From assembly GCA_965649825.1 (NCBI GenBank), contig OZ287697.1:186001-250000 (forward strand): a stretch of DNA of 64,000 nucleotides. Reading direction: 5' to 3'. Source of the stretch: Penicillus capitatus (lineage: Eukaryota; Plantae; Chlorophyta). The notes beneath the pieces are model-generated. The model saw only the letters and a program-made list of their open reading frames with translations, did no database searches and was not told where the DNA came from. Below, piece after piece: positions 48,612 through 60,963 of this stretch; within the stretch, counting starts at the first letter, position 1, and each line of letters starts with the position of its first letter. The translations under genes were made by a program, and so were the position numbers.

Positions 48612-49883
48612 TCACAGAGCAGTAAGATTTCCTACCGTCGATTCTTTCTGCATAATGTCTTTCATCCAATCCAGGAAATCTGATACTCTAGTATATACGG
48701 CAGGGGTCTCCCCACTACATCCGGGTGATCCGAATGAGGTGATCCCGACGATGATATCATATCGTGGCTGTTCTTGTGATATACCGTATTTATGTGTGCC
48801 CTTTCGGATCAACGGACCTCCTGAATCACCTAAATGCGAAAGAAGGTCGAAGCAAGATAAAAGAAGGGCCAGTATTTCGACTGCCTACCACGACAGCTGT
48901 CCATGCCTCCGCCGCCAGCACAGATCATATGAGCATCGAGAGTTTCGTTAAGAGCCTCTTCGCATGCACTCGACGGAACAATTGGAAGCTTCTCAGCGAG
49001 CTGCAACACGCCTGATGTCTTAGTCGTTTTTGTGGAACCCCATCCAGCCGACGCCATTAGATCTCCAAATTCCAGCACAGACCCGACGCCGTCAACGAGT
49101 GGACGGGCGAGAGGGGCCTTCCTGTCCAGCCTTATCAGTCCGATATCGAATCCCTCGACGATGTTGCCAGTCCATCCCGAAGGCCAGTACGCCTTCTTCG
49201 ACTGGTACAGCTACAAGGGCAGCGACAGGTTCAGTTCTCCTTCGAGATCGACCCTCTCCGGCTTGCTTACGCTCTCCGGGTCGCTGGTGTCGATCTCGTG
49301 GATGCCGCAGCGGACGACGCCGTAGTGGCCGACGCCGTTGTGCCGGTCGTTGGACAGACAGTGCGCCGCCGTCAGGACCCACTGCTCGTCGATCAGCGCC
49401 CCTCCGCAGACGTGCTCTTCGGTCCCGCGCCGACGCAAACTGCACACGTAAGGGAACCTCTCTCTCGGCGCCTGGATTCCGCCCTGTGCGAATGCCAATC
49501 GCGCACATGCTCGGCGACTGCACCGACCGCACCGCGATCCTCGGCTCGCCGCGGTTGGCTTGGACGTCGACTTCGTCGGAGTTTTTGCGGAAGGCGGATG
49601 CTCTCGGCGGTTTAGAACGCGCGGCCAGGCTGCCTGACGTCGCATCCTCCTCCCCCCTCTGCCGGACGACAGCAGACAGTCGTCAGCGGAGCGGTTGGAA
49701 GGCGCAAAAGCACCTCGATTTCTCCGAAGGCGAGGACGTCGGACAGACTGTCGGCGCCCTGGCCTGGAGACACAGGGCGTGACCGACCCGCGAGACGACG
49801 CTTCGCGAACCGTGGATGGCGGCCGTCGGTGCCGGCGAATGCAGCAGGAAGCAGAAAAACACGAAGAGAAGCGGCCGCTTCAT
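48612..49883 (-). CDS. Trypsin-family (S1) serine protease with signal peptide
   Basis: Hydrophobic start MKRPLLFVFFCFLLH. Splicing 49532-49484 creates the activation site EPR|IAGG. Triad motifs LTAAHC (His 49361-49363), DIGLIRL, and DSCRGDSGGP across intron 48888-48830 (Ser 48822-48824). First-intron boundaries uncertain. Confidence 0.9.
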
Positions 49884-51158
49884 GTTGGCAGAACGGAAAC
49901 CGCGGGTGCTGCGGACGCAAAGACTCCACTCTCTCTTCGAGATGTACAGGGAATGAACGCCGAGATCGTTCGAGGAAGTCTGTCTCTAAATGGACATCAT
50001 CATGCAGCGCATGCACTGTCGATAGCGGCGAAGACGATTTCCCCGCGGTTCGCGCCGAAGGAACCGTTGTCGCAGGCGCTTCTGCTGGAGCGCGAGGGAA
50101 CGAGATGGTGTTTCACGAGATAAGCGACGCAGCAAGCGCACACCGATCTCCAAGTGAACACGCTGAACAGCTGACGCCATCTCCGTCCTCCGAAACGTTC
50201 CCATGTTCCTTGTACGATAGTTGGGAACAGTGCCTTGGGCCATCAAGGCAGTGGACGCGTGCCTCGGACGATCTTTGACAGCCAGGAGATGGGCGATCAA
50301 AAGGGTGGTGTGCATGGCGTGCGACGACAGGCGAGGTGACACAAGGGGATCTCGGGACCAAACCGGGCTTTTCTGTTGTGTGCGCTTGTAGCAGATCAGC
50401 TCCTGTCGCGATGCGTTTTCCCAAACGGCTCGCAACCGACGGAACTTCTCTCGTGGCTAACTTCCACAACCGTAACGTGCCGTCCGGAAAGAGTCGAGGC
50501 GTGCAGATTGCAAGGATCATCGAAACGAAATCAAAGAGCGATAGAAGATGAGAAAGCTGAAAACTCTCACGGGCTGCGCATTCGCGTCGCATACGTACAG
50601 CCATCTCTCGGAAAAAGTTTCAACGTTGCAACAGATGGTGAAGGACAAAAGCTGCTCAAGACTGGAAGAACACTCTTTTCTTATCCATTATAACTTCGTG
50701 GCCAGTACGAATGGTGAGAGTAAACCGACAACAAGTGCAGACACATGCACAGTACAAGAAAACGAGGGCGAGTGAGTAAGCAGCCCATGTCGCATCCCGT
50801 TGACGAACTCGAGCAAAGATGTACCTTGCGTTCCCGCCGAATCCAAAGTGCGTCTTGTGGTTGCCGTTGTCTCATCGATCATGTATTGTATAGAAGGCTT
50901 ACGCAAAGTTGGCGCGAGGAATGCCTGCAGACTAGAGGGTTTACTTTGTGTCCGCTCTTCTCTTTCCGTACTTCTCCGGAATTCTTTCAGTTTTGCAGAT
51001 TAAGGCGTTGTACGCAACTAGCGACACACTGGCTGATTTGTCCATAGAAAGCAACCGATTTTTAATGCGGTCAATGAAGGAAGTACTAATTGAGCTCTAC
51101 GAAATCTTCCACTCCGTCGTCTATGCAAGAAGACGAAAACAAAAAAGTAAACGTACGT

Positions 51159-51869
51159 TGTCAGTGGACAGCTGTCCACCTTCGTGCAGCTGTCCAAAGA
51201 ATTGTTTAAATTCTAACATTTAATGTACAAACGGTCTTTGTAAGCTTTACGCCGTTGTTAACCCGTCCGTTGGCAAACACGACATGGTTTCGGAGCGACA
51301 AAGATTCCGGCGATAGAATCCCGTCATCGAAGACTGAAGACTTTCCAAGACACGTCCGTGGTGACAGCGTTCTACCTACCACCTGCATTCTGTAGTTCGT
51401 TCCATCGTCCGAGTTGCTGCGTTTCAGTTTCACGCTGCGATAAGCTTACTGTTGCGCATTGTTGTGTTTACGTTCGTTGTTACTTTGTCTGTGTTTACGT
51501 TTTCTATCTGGGTCATCACGGACGTGTTGTCGCTGTGAAGTACGGTTCGAATTTCCAGAGTCGGCGTTGAAGTCTCAGAGACGTAAGAGCTACAAAGCTG
51601 CGGCGAATGGGCCGCAGAGGGAGAAGCCACGTGACGATGGCCCTGGCTCGACTCCTGGCCAGCCTGATGACATCCCGACTGTCGTGAAATGTGTTCCGTT
51701 CGCATCATTCGGAGTCTGCACGACGGAAAGGGGGTGGGCACATGTCAGTGGACAGCTGTCCACCTTCGTGCAGCTGTCCAAAGAATTGTTTAAATTCTAA
51801 CATTTAATGTACAAACAGTCTTTGTAAGCTTTACGCCTTCGTCGTTAACTCGTCCGTTCAAACACGACA
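51159..51869 (+). mobile_element. Second TRIM copy, 711 bp
   Basis: LTRs 51159-51284 and 51743-51869, 4-bp TSD ACGT, PBS at 51285, PPT before 51743. Near-identical to 38472-39187 in the opposite orientation. Confidence 0.85.
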
Positions 51870-52910
51870 ACGTCTCGTGCGAAACTGTGCAGCTTTCAAT
51901 TTGCTTGTGTTTGTTTTGATTTGCTACAGTGCTTATCTTCGTTTTACCACGGAATATCGCGTCCGTCTGCTAAACCAATTCAACGATATAGAAACTCTCT
52001 CGCGCATGCAGAAGTTCTTCTCTTTTCTCCGCAAGACCGATCTATCCCTTTCACAATTCGACGGCATTGACAGCGTTTATGATTTTCTTCCGCTTTTTTA
52101 AACAGAGAGTAAAGCCCTTTTTGATTGCTCTCACGATTGTTGGAATCGGAGATAAATCTCAAGTTTTTTCCCGGTCGTGAACTATTGAAAGCTTTGGAGA
52201 GTCTTCAAATACTCGCTCGCTTTCTGTCTATCGCTATCTTACCGTAATTTTCGTCAGAAACAATGTCAGAGGAGCCGTCTTTCATAGTGTTTGTATAATT
52301 AAGTCAAAGACATAATAATAATAACGATGGAGGTTTTACATGACTTTTGTTTGTTCAACATATCGGCCGTGCGAAGTCAAAGACATGGAAGCGCGCACGA
52401 CAAAAATCACGAGCCGAATCCAAAACGAGACGAGACCAAAGACAATAACTGCGTGATTGCTTGACTTTTTGGTCAAGAAGCTTGCATGTTTGACAGTGAC
52501 GATAAGCATTCTGTGCGGCCAAAGATCTCCACGACGAATACTAAATTTCATGCATGTATACGGCGATCTCTAAGAAAAATGCACTTCAGACAAAAATGTA
52601 GCCGTGCACATCACAGAGTGATTGGCACGCATCACACTGGAAGACGATTTTTTTGCAGAGGATACAGTCCATTCGAGCGTCAACCGGCGCAATGACACTC
52701 GGACAGGCAGAGGAAGACATCCACTAGTGATGTATTACGGTAACCTGCATTGCCTTTTACAAAGACGTTTCAATGTATACTGACATTCCTTTCATTTTTA
52801 AATCGAAGGGAAGATGGATAATTGGGCTATTCACTCTTCTTGTGTTCATCGTTTAGGTACCCCACGCACAAGAAAGTGGTACGATCAATACAAAACAAAT
52901 CTTAATCGTG

Positions 52911-54527
52911 CTATGGAGAAGTTTTCCTCGGAACGAAATTCAACCAGATACCGTTCTCCGCTTCGGTGACGAGTCCCTCTACCGCATTGTGTGCCAAGTC
53001 CGCATACGACCCGACCAAGGAGACCTCGTACTTCTGAAGGATAATGGCGATGGCGACACGCATTTCCAGCAGTGCCAGTTTCTGTCCAGGACAATCCCTG
53101 GGACCTGTCGAGAATTGCATGTTGTATAGACGGCAGGTTTCAGCGTCACTGAGATATCTTTCTGGCTTGAAGCTTTCTGGATCGTTCCAGTCGGTGTCAA
53201 CGTTAAACACACGGTTGCCAGCTTGCATGATCGTTGTTCCCTTTGGGATCCTGTACCCGAGAATGTTCATGTCGCTCGGGACTCTTCGTCGGAAGCTGAC
53301 AGACAAAACGTGAGCCACTCGCATCCCCTCCTTAACGACTGCGTTGAGGTAATCCAAGTTTGCTAGATCTTCGAACTGCAGATCCCGTCGAGTGCTTCCA
53401 TGCAGACCGTGCTGCTCCAGCTCGTCCAAGATCTTGTTCACGACGTCCGGACGAGTGGCTAATAGAGCAAAAATCCAGCCGAGTTGGTGACCAGTGGTAT
53501 CCATCCCACCAACGACGACACCCGCAATCTCGGCTAGGAGGAGGTCGTAGTCCACGCGCTTCTTCGTTTCTGGATCTGTCAGATGCTTCAGTCCGTACCA
53601 GATTGGCTCTTCGCCGTTGTCAGGGTCGCGTCGGGCCAGTATCTCATCTGTGAGCCATTTCCACTGGTTGCGCAGCTTACTGATAATCGAACTTCTGTGT
53701 CGTCCAGCTTTCGAGTACGGAAATAGCTTACAGTAGACAGACTTGAACGGATTGTCATAATTTTCTCCGGCGATGTACCCTGCTGCTAAGATGAGGTCGA
53801 GCATTTCTCGACTTCCATCCAACCCGCCTAGATTCGCATGGAAGGCGACAGCGCCAATGACGTCGAGGGTCATCGAGACGAAGAGTCTCTGGACGTCGAT
53901 CGGACCGTTCTCCCTCGCCGATTCAATAACAGTGATCACATTTTTAATGATACCTTGAATCTTCGGCATGGTCGCCTTCAGATTCTTTGATTGAAACGCT
54001 GCTGTGTACACTCTGCGCACGACTTTGACGTATGGCGTCAATCGCGTGTGCATCAATATTGATTTTGCATGCGGATTATCACCCAGAATCTGAGACCACG
54101 CCATCACATGATGTGACATCCTCCGATTCCACTCACTGGTAGCACGAATTCTGCATCTTTGCGGACACGGGGAAACGGGTCTCTGTTTGCCATCATGACT
54201 GTTTTGACGAATTTCTCGTCTGTGATCAGCAGCCATGGCTCGCCCATAACATCGAACTAGAGCATTGCGTTACACAGCTGACAAGTACGGCATGCGACAA
54301 ACTCGCATGAGCTTCGGATAGTCGAGGCGTTTGAGTTCGCGTCCGAGCCATTCTGAAAGCTCTTTCATTCCTTGACCGTCTTTGCCGTAGAGAAAGTCCA
54401 GCGTGTTCCCCAACAGCGGCCAGCCAGGCGGCGACGGCACCTTGTGGAGGTCGTATCTCCACCTCCGCCACAGCGTACGCGTCACAAGCGAAACCAGTAA
54501 GGTTGTAGCGAGGACTGTCCAGAACAT
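52911..54527 (-). CDS. Cytochrome P450 (P450-10), ~507 aa
   Basis: Exons 54527-54303, 54256-54137, 54089-52911. Motifs GGMDTT, KEGMR, PERY, FSTGPRDCPG. Confidence 0.93.
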
Positions 54528-57500
54528 GGTTTCCTAAAAACTGCGCAGACAAAAAAGGATACAGCAGTGCCGTTACGTAAACCTCCTCCCGTCTTTTCGT
54601 TCGCCTTTGCTTAACGAAGCATTTAGCAGCGTCCACGATTGATGGACGGACCGTGGCGGCTTGAGTTCCCTTAACAGGTCTTGGTAATCTTGTGTAGTTA
54701 CTTACTTTTCACCTTCCAATTGTTCGGTTCTATCTCAGCGATACGACTAGAAGTAGGTGTTAGCTGAATCACATTTACGAAAAGATACTTTAAAAAAGAA
54801 GAAAAGCTGCACGCTTCTTTCACATCTTACTGTGACCGTCTATCCTCTGATGTTGGCAAAAGGCGGTTATTTGATGTTACGCGCGTTTATCATTCAAAGT
54901 CTGTTGACACTAAATGTGAATGACAAGAACGGTTTTCAGATGCCAGAAATCTCTTGTCCTGTTTGCGATTTCAGATTTTTTGGTTACGGCGCTGTTTAGG
55001 CGACAGACGATGAACAATTCTTCGTCCGAGTGCAGTGATACCAGGATAGTGTCATTCACTAACAGCGAGATGCTTCTGAGCACAACTCAATCGTTGCTTG
55101 GCTTTCCAACTCTACGAAATTGGGTATCTATAACTGCCGTGGCCCAGAGGCACCGTAAGTTATCGCGATTCGATTGTGCAAACGTCGTTACGGAGTCGCG
55201 AGGCAGAATCGAAAAGCACTCGACTTCATCCAACGATCAAACAACACCTTGCAATGATCGACTGAAGAAGATAATGGAACACTCTTAAGATTCGACGATC
55301 AAGAGGGAAGGAGCTTTGCCGTTCGCACCAATTGAATGGTTAATCGCGAAGGTAAAACCCGTTGCTTGTCTTGATTCGATTCAGAGTTTTCTTGGACTGG
55401 ATAATCGAATAATCGAAACGTCAACGGTTAGAATCTATCGGTTAGAGAGTCTCTCCCATGCATGCACATATCATTCTTATCTCTTCACGAAACCGATTCT
55501 TCCTTTTTGTCATTGTACCGAATTCACCGTGTCCCGGTGTTCAAAGCATTGTATTGAACAGAGAACACAAACCTTCATTACCTTCATGATCGTTGAAACT
55601 GAAGACATCTTTATGCCGTTCGTCTTTCGCTTACACTAGGAAGAGCTTGTGCGCGTTTAAACACTCTCGAGAACGATCCGAACACTGAATGTCTATCGCT
55701 GTTTTTTCATCTTCACGCAATCCTTTCTTTGAAAACAGAGTCAAAGTCATCTTCGCGATGTTGACATAGTGAAAAAAAAGAAACCGCGTGGGGTTGACAC
55801 AAGATTGACGAGTCATCGCAATCTGCTGACGCACTGTTAGGACCGATAGGGTCGGCGATTGGTCCGAGCGCTTAGAGGCCGCGATGCGAGAAGAGCCAGA
55901 CGGGTATTCTTTACAGGTGCTCAGTACGTCGTTATATAGGTAAACGTCCCGTCATTCGACAGTGACGTTTCCTGATCCAACAGCACTAACTAACATCTGT
56001 GTGCAAAACTCACAACATCTGTTCTGTCTACCTAAAGGACAAGTCGACAAACGCCTTGTTCGTAGATTTATACACCGGACAGCCTTCCGACGTGAGCGAA
56101 CTGACAAGAAAAGTCGGTGCAGTTTCCATCCAGCGTCGGGCCCGCTAAACGGCTGTTTCGGCGAGTGGCGGGGAAGCGGAGAACGGTGATATACAGTATC
56201 CGCAGCTTTGTGCCTACCGTATTCTACGTATCCCACGTGACGGCCCGAAGTTAAAGCATCCGACGCATGGCAGCGCTGTTTCGTTGCTCCATCAAGACCC
56301 TGCCAAAGCTTAAGAGTGCGTCTTTGTTACAAACGCTTCTTTAAGAATCGCAGGCCCACACTGGAAGCGAGTAGACTTGTTCACAACATCACTGCAAACG
56401 ACGGCAGAGTAGTTTAAACAAACCAATCATGAAAGGATACCTGGGCTTAAATCACCCTCGACGCGTGTCGATGAAAAATCTTGTGCCGTCAATCATTATC
56501 ATCTGCACCCGGCCATGCAAAGCGCCTTAATCTCGCGACCGCTATTCCTTGCACGTTAGTACTCGATCTTGCTGATACGGAGTTTCCAGTTCTTAAGTTC
56601 CCGTGAAATCGCTACTGCGGCCAATGACGTTGCGTTCGTACAGACGCCCGAACGCCCACAGTTACACTTGATCGAATCAAGATCACGAAGGTGCGTTATC
56701 GCGTATTCAGAATGTTCTTTTTATGCGATCGATGTGACTAGAATCCTTCCGAAATAACTGTTTTGTCTCATCCTCGATCTTCATTTCCATAAAGTTCTTA
56801 CACTCGCACCCACTAGTTTTAGCAGCGCCTTCTTTGTCGTTAATGTGATCCCATGGTGATTGACATCTTTCCTAAAAAACGATGTTGCTGTTAGAACATC
56901 GGATCGTCGATACCGGAATATACACTCTTTATAATCTGTCATCGCATTTGTGAGTATCAGTCACATCAGTTCGCCTGGCCTCGACAACATTAAGTGCTTT
57001 ACTTCGTTTGAGGGTAAAAATATCGCCAGATTCTGAGAAACGAATATCATTGGTGCAGAGGAAATTCTTGCATGCATTTTTGGATCCTTTTCTCTGTCGC
57101 GCGGAGGCGCCGCGTTTGAACGAACTCACAGCGGAAGATTTACAGTTTTCAGAGCAAGGTCTGGAATCGTATGGTTTCTCCATTAAGTACCCACGCGGTG
57201 AGGTGACTTCTATAGGCAGGTGAGTCACCCTAGCGCCAGAACCAGAGAAAAGCGCCTCAGATGACTCAACCTGCGTCCCCCCACACATGGACCCCATGAC
57301 AACAAGACAGTAGTCCCCTCGCCGGGCGACACTCTCCTCTATGCAAAGCCGAACTATCTCTCTCATGAACGATTACATCGCATTCGCAGCGTTCGGGATT
57401 TTCTTCCGCTTGGTTGAACGGAGAACAAGACTTTTTTTACTAGCACCGAAACGGAAGTTATAGATGAGCTGAGCTTTTCTTCTTAAGTCTCAATCTAAAG

Positions 57501-58176
57501 ATCATGGATGTTTTCGAATACTCACTTGCTTTCTACCTACCTATATCTCACCGAAGTTTTCGTTGGAAACAACGTCAGAGGAATAGCCCTTCGTGGTGTT
57601 GGCATAATGAAGCAAAGGACATGGAATCGTGCAGTACAGAGAATAATATAGCGACTAATAAATCCAAAACATGAGCGAAAAAGAAAGTCGCGATAAACAG
57701 ACGGATCTATTTTTTGCTTGAAAAACCGTTAATGTTGTACAACAGGGAATAATACCGTACCTAGATGAATACTATTTCGTCATCGACATCAGATACCTTG
57801 CCTCCTTATGAAGTTGTGAAGATCCATAAAGAACGATGAACTGTGAATATGAGTGTGTCTGTAATACTGTGGTGCGACGTGCTTCATACACGAAGACGGT
57901 GTTCACGTGGTGTATATCGTTCCGTCGAGCGTTGATCAAATGAATACACGCTCGGCCGCAACGCAAGACAACTATCAGTTAGTGATATTTTAGGATAAAA
58001 AACCTGCACTTACTCTTACAGAGTTGGCTCGTTTTGAGTGGTTGGTATTCATCCTAACGCATAATGCAGGAAAAAGAATAGCTGGCCACGCAACATTCCC
58101 GTGTCCATTGTTCGTGTACCCCCACTCACAAGAAACGTTGTCTTAATGCTGCTGCAGACAACGCGTCTTGGCTGCG

Positions 58177-59800
58177 CTACGGAGATGTTTTTCGCGGAAC
58201 GAAATTTGACCAGATGCCATCTTTCGCTCCAATGACGATTCCATCCACCGCGTTGTGTGCCAGATCCGCATACGAGCCGACCAGGGAGATCTCGTACTTC
58301 TGAAGGATAACGGCGATGGCGACGCGCATTTCCAGCATTGCCAGCTTCTGTCCGGGACAGTCCCTGGGGCCTGTCGAGAATTGAAGGTTGTGTGAACGGC
58401 AGATGTCGTCGTCGTCGCCGAGCCATCTCTCTGGCTTGAAGCTTTCTGGATCGCTCCAGTCGGTGTCAATGTTGAACGCGCGGTTGCCAGGTTGCACGAT
58501 CAGTGTTCCCTTCGGGATCCTGTACCCGAGAATGTTCATGTCTGTCGGGACTCTTCGTCGGAAGTTGGAACTGCTAACGTGAGCCACTCGCATCCCCTCC
58601 TTAACGACTGCATTGAGGTAATCCAAGTTTGACAGATCTTCGAACTGCAGATCCCGTCGAGTGCTTCCGTACAGACCGTGCTGCTCCAGCTCGTCCAAGA
58701 TCTTGTTCACGACGTTCGGTCGGGCGGCTAATAGCGCGAAAATCCAGCTGAGTTGATGACCGGTGGTGTCCATCCCGGCAATAACGACACCGGCAACCTC
58801 GGCCAGAATAAGGTCGTAGTCTACGCGCTTCTTCGTTTCTGGATCTGTCAGATGCTTCATTCCGTACCAGATGGGCTCTTCGCCGTTGACGGGGTCGTCT
58901 CGGGCCAGTATCTCGTCCGTGATCAGCTTCCACTCGTTGCGCAGTTTGTTGAGAACCGAGCTTTGGTGTTGTCCAGCCTTCGACCGCGGAAAGACCTTGC
59001 AGTAGACCGACTTGAGCGAACCTCTGTAGATATCTCTGGTGATGTGTCCTCCTGCCAGGATAAGGTCGAGTGTATCCCGACTGCCATCCAAACCACCCAT
59101 GTTCATGTCGAAGGCTATCGCACAAATGACGTCGAGGGTCATTCCGAGGAACAGTTTTTGAATGTCGATCGGCCCTTTCTCCCTGGCCGATTCAATGATG
59201 CCGATCACTTTTCTCATGACGTCGTAAGTCTTCGGCATCGCCGCCCTCAGATTATTCGACTGAACGGCTTTTGTGTATACTCTGCGAATAGCCTTGACAT
59301 AAGGAGTAACTCCAGCATGCGTCGCGATTGGCTTTACATGCAGATTGTTACCCATCATCTGTGAGCACACTGTCAGTTGAGGTGACATCCTCCTATTCAC
59401 CTCACTGGAAGCACAGATTCTCCGTCTCCAGTGATACGAGGAAAGGGTGCTCTATATGACATCATCACAGTTTTGATAAATTTCTCGTCTGTGACCAGCA
59501 GCCACGGCTCTCCCAGGATATCGAACTAGATCGAGCACGACTTAGTACGACGACTAAGTACGGCGTGCGACAAACGCGCATGAGCTTCGGATAGTTGAGG
59601 GATTTGAGTCCGCATCCGACCCATTTTGAAAAATCTTGCATTCCCTGGCCGTCTTTGCCGTAGAGGAAATCCAACGAGTTCCCCAACAGCGGCCAGCCAG
59701 GCGGCGACGGCACCTTGTGGAGGTCATACTTCCACCTCCGCAACAGCGTACGCGTCACCAGCAAAACCAGTACGGTAGTAGCGAGGACCGTCCAGAACAT
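58177..59800 (-). CDS. Cytochrome P450 (P450-11), ~508 aa
   Basis: Exons 59800-59576, 59525-59406, 59358-58177. Motifs AGMDTT, KEGMR, PERW, FSTGPRDCPG. Confidence 0.93.
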
Positions 59801-60823
59801 TGTTTCCTAAAAAAAATCTGCGCGAACACGAAAAGAGATGCTGTACGACCGTTACGTAAACCTTCTGTCTTTTCGAACGCCTTTGTATATGTAAGCCTGT
59901 AAGCATGCAGCCGCTTTTGCAGTTTGTGGACGAGTGCATCTTGACTACCTCATGCATTACGCTCTGTTAATACCTCTTTGAAGTGGAGGGACGTTTTCAG
60001 AGTATAAGACCTTGTCAACTATCTCTCTCTAACAGTGATTAGTCTTCTACGTCTCCCTGTCTTTCGTTCCCGGTCTCATAACAATAGAGATGCCTAGAAC
60101 GTCAAAAGAAGATGTCAGCAGCATAAACACCATACTAACCTGTCTTGTGCAGGTGAATATTCTCGAAAAGAACACTCATAAACACACGTCAACTGCCTTA
60201 AGGCTCGTTTCACATAAGGCAAGACATTTGGGAATAACCATACCTCTGCTCGTGGACATATCCAGACTCGTCTCGGAAACACCCATCTCATGCAGAACAG
60301 ATGTTTCTTACATAGATGACGTAATCCACAGTGACGAACACGTGACGCATCCTCACGTTAGGCGTGGGAGTGTCTGCTAGAAACAACTCTTTCCCGGATA
60401 GCGATGCATTCACAATGATCTCATAGAGGAGTCGATCGAACTGGAAAAGGCAGAGTTCCGTGCAGTTGCAGTGTTCGTTTCAGTAAGATCTCGTCAAGCA
60501 TCCCCAGTGCACTACTCTATTTCTAAGTGATCCTGTCGAGGATCAGTCTGGAGGGTCCTCTGGTGCCATCGAAAGGCCGCTCGTTCGCTACCTTCGGCGA
60601 AGGGACGTCAAGAAAGCCAAAAGTAATATTCTTTCCCTTTTAAAGGACATGTCTAAGAAGCGAGTATCTTTTGCATAGACTACACTTTACTGCTTGAGCC
60701 ATCACATCATTTTTAAGAGTGGCTTCTTGTGTGATGACTGGCTTAATGACCACAACGAACAACGAAAACGTGGTGCTTTGCATTGTTCGTAGATTTTCTT
60801 TATGCAATCATGAGAGCTGTTTG

Positions 60824-60931
60824 TTCTTTGAGACAATGAAATGCAACTTGAGCTTGAAAAGGCAAACTGAGTTAATCGGAATGGTTCTTTGAGACAAGGA
60901 AATGCAACTTGAACTTGAGAAGGCAAACTGA
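60824..60931. repeat. Imperfect 47-bp duplication, period 61
   Basis: TTCTTTGAGACAA(T/G)GAAATGCAACTTGA(G/A)CTTGA(A/G)AAGGCAAACTGA at 60824 and 60885. Confidence 0.7.
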
Positions 60932-60963
60932 TTTGGGCAAACTCGATATGCGAGATGCGACTG

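Noticed and set aside
55960-56190. Faint translated similarity (RRFI) to the minus strand at 14065-14376
   Set aside because: Too short and weak to support by eye.
56929-57366. 145-aa ATG-initiated ORF between P450-10 and P450-11
   Set aside because: No motif, paralog or splice support that I can see. Cannot be separated from a chance ORF.
5430-59800. Calling the array a complete biosynthetic gene cluster
   Set aside because: No scaffold-forming enzyme, reductase or transporter in the window. Tandem duplication is sufficient to explain it.
60824-60931. Duplicated MQLELEKAN peptide suggesting a gag or coiled-coil remnant
   Set aside because: The period of 61 is not a multiple of 3 and both copies end in a stop. 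Kept only as a repeat.
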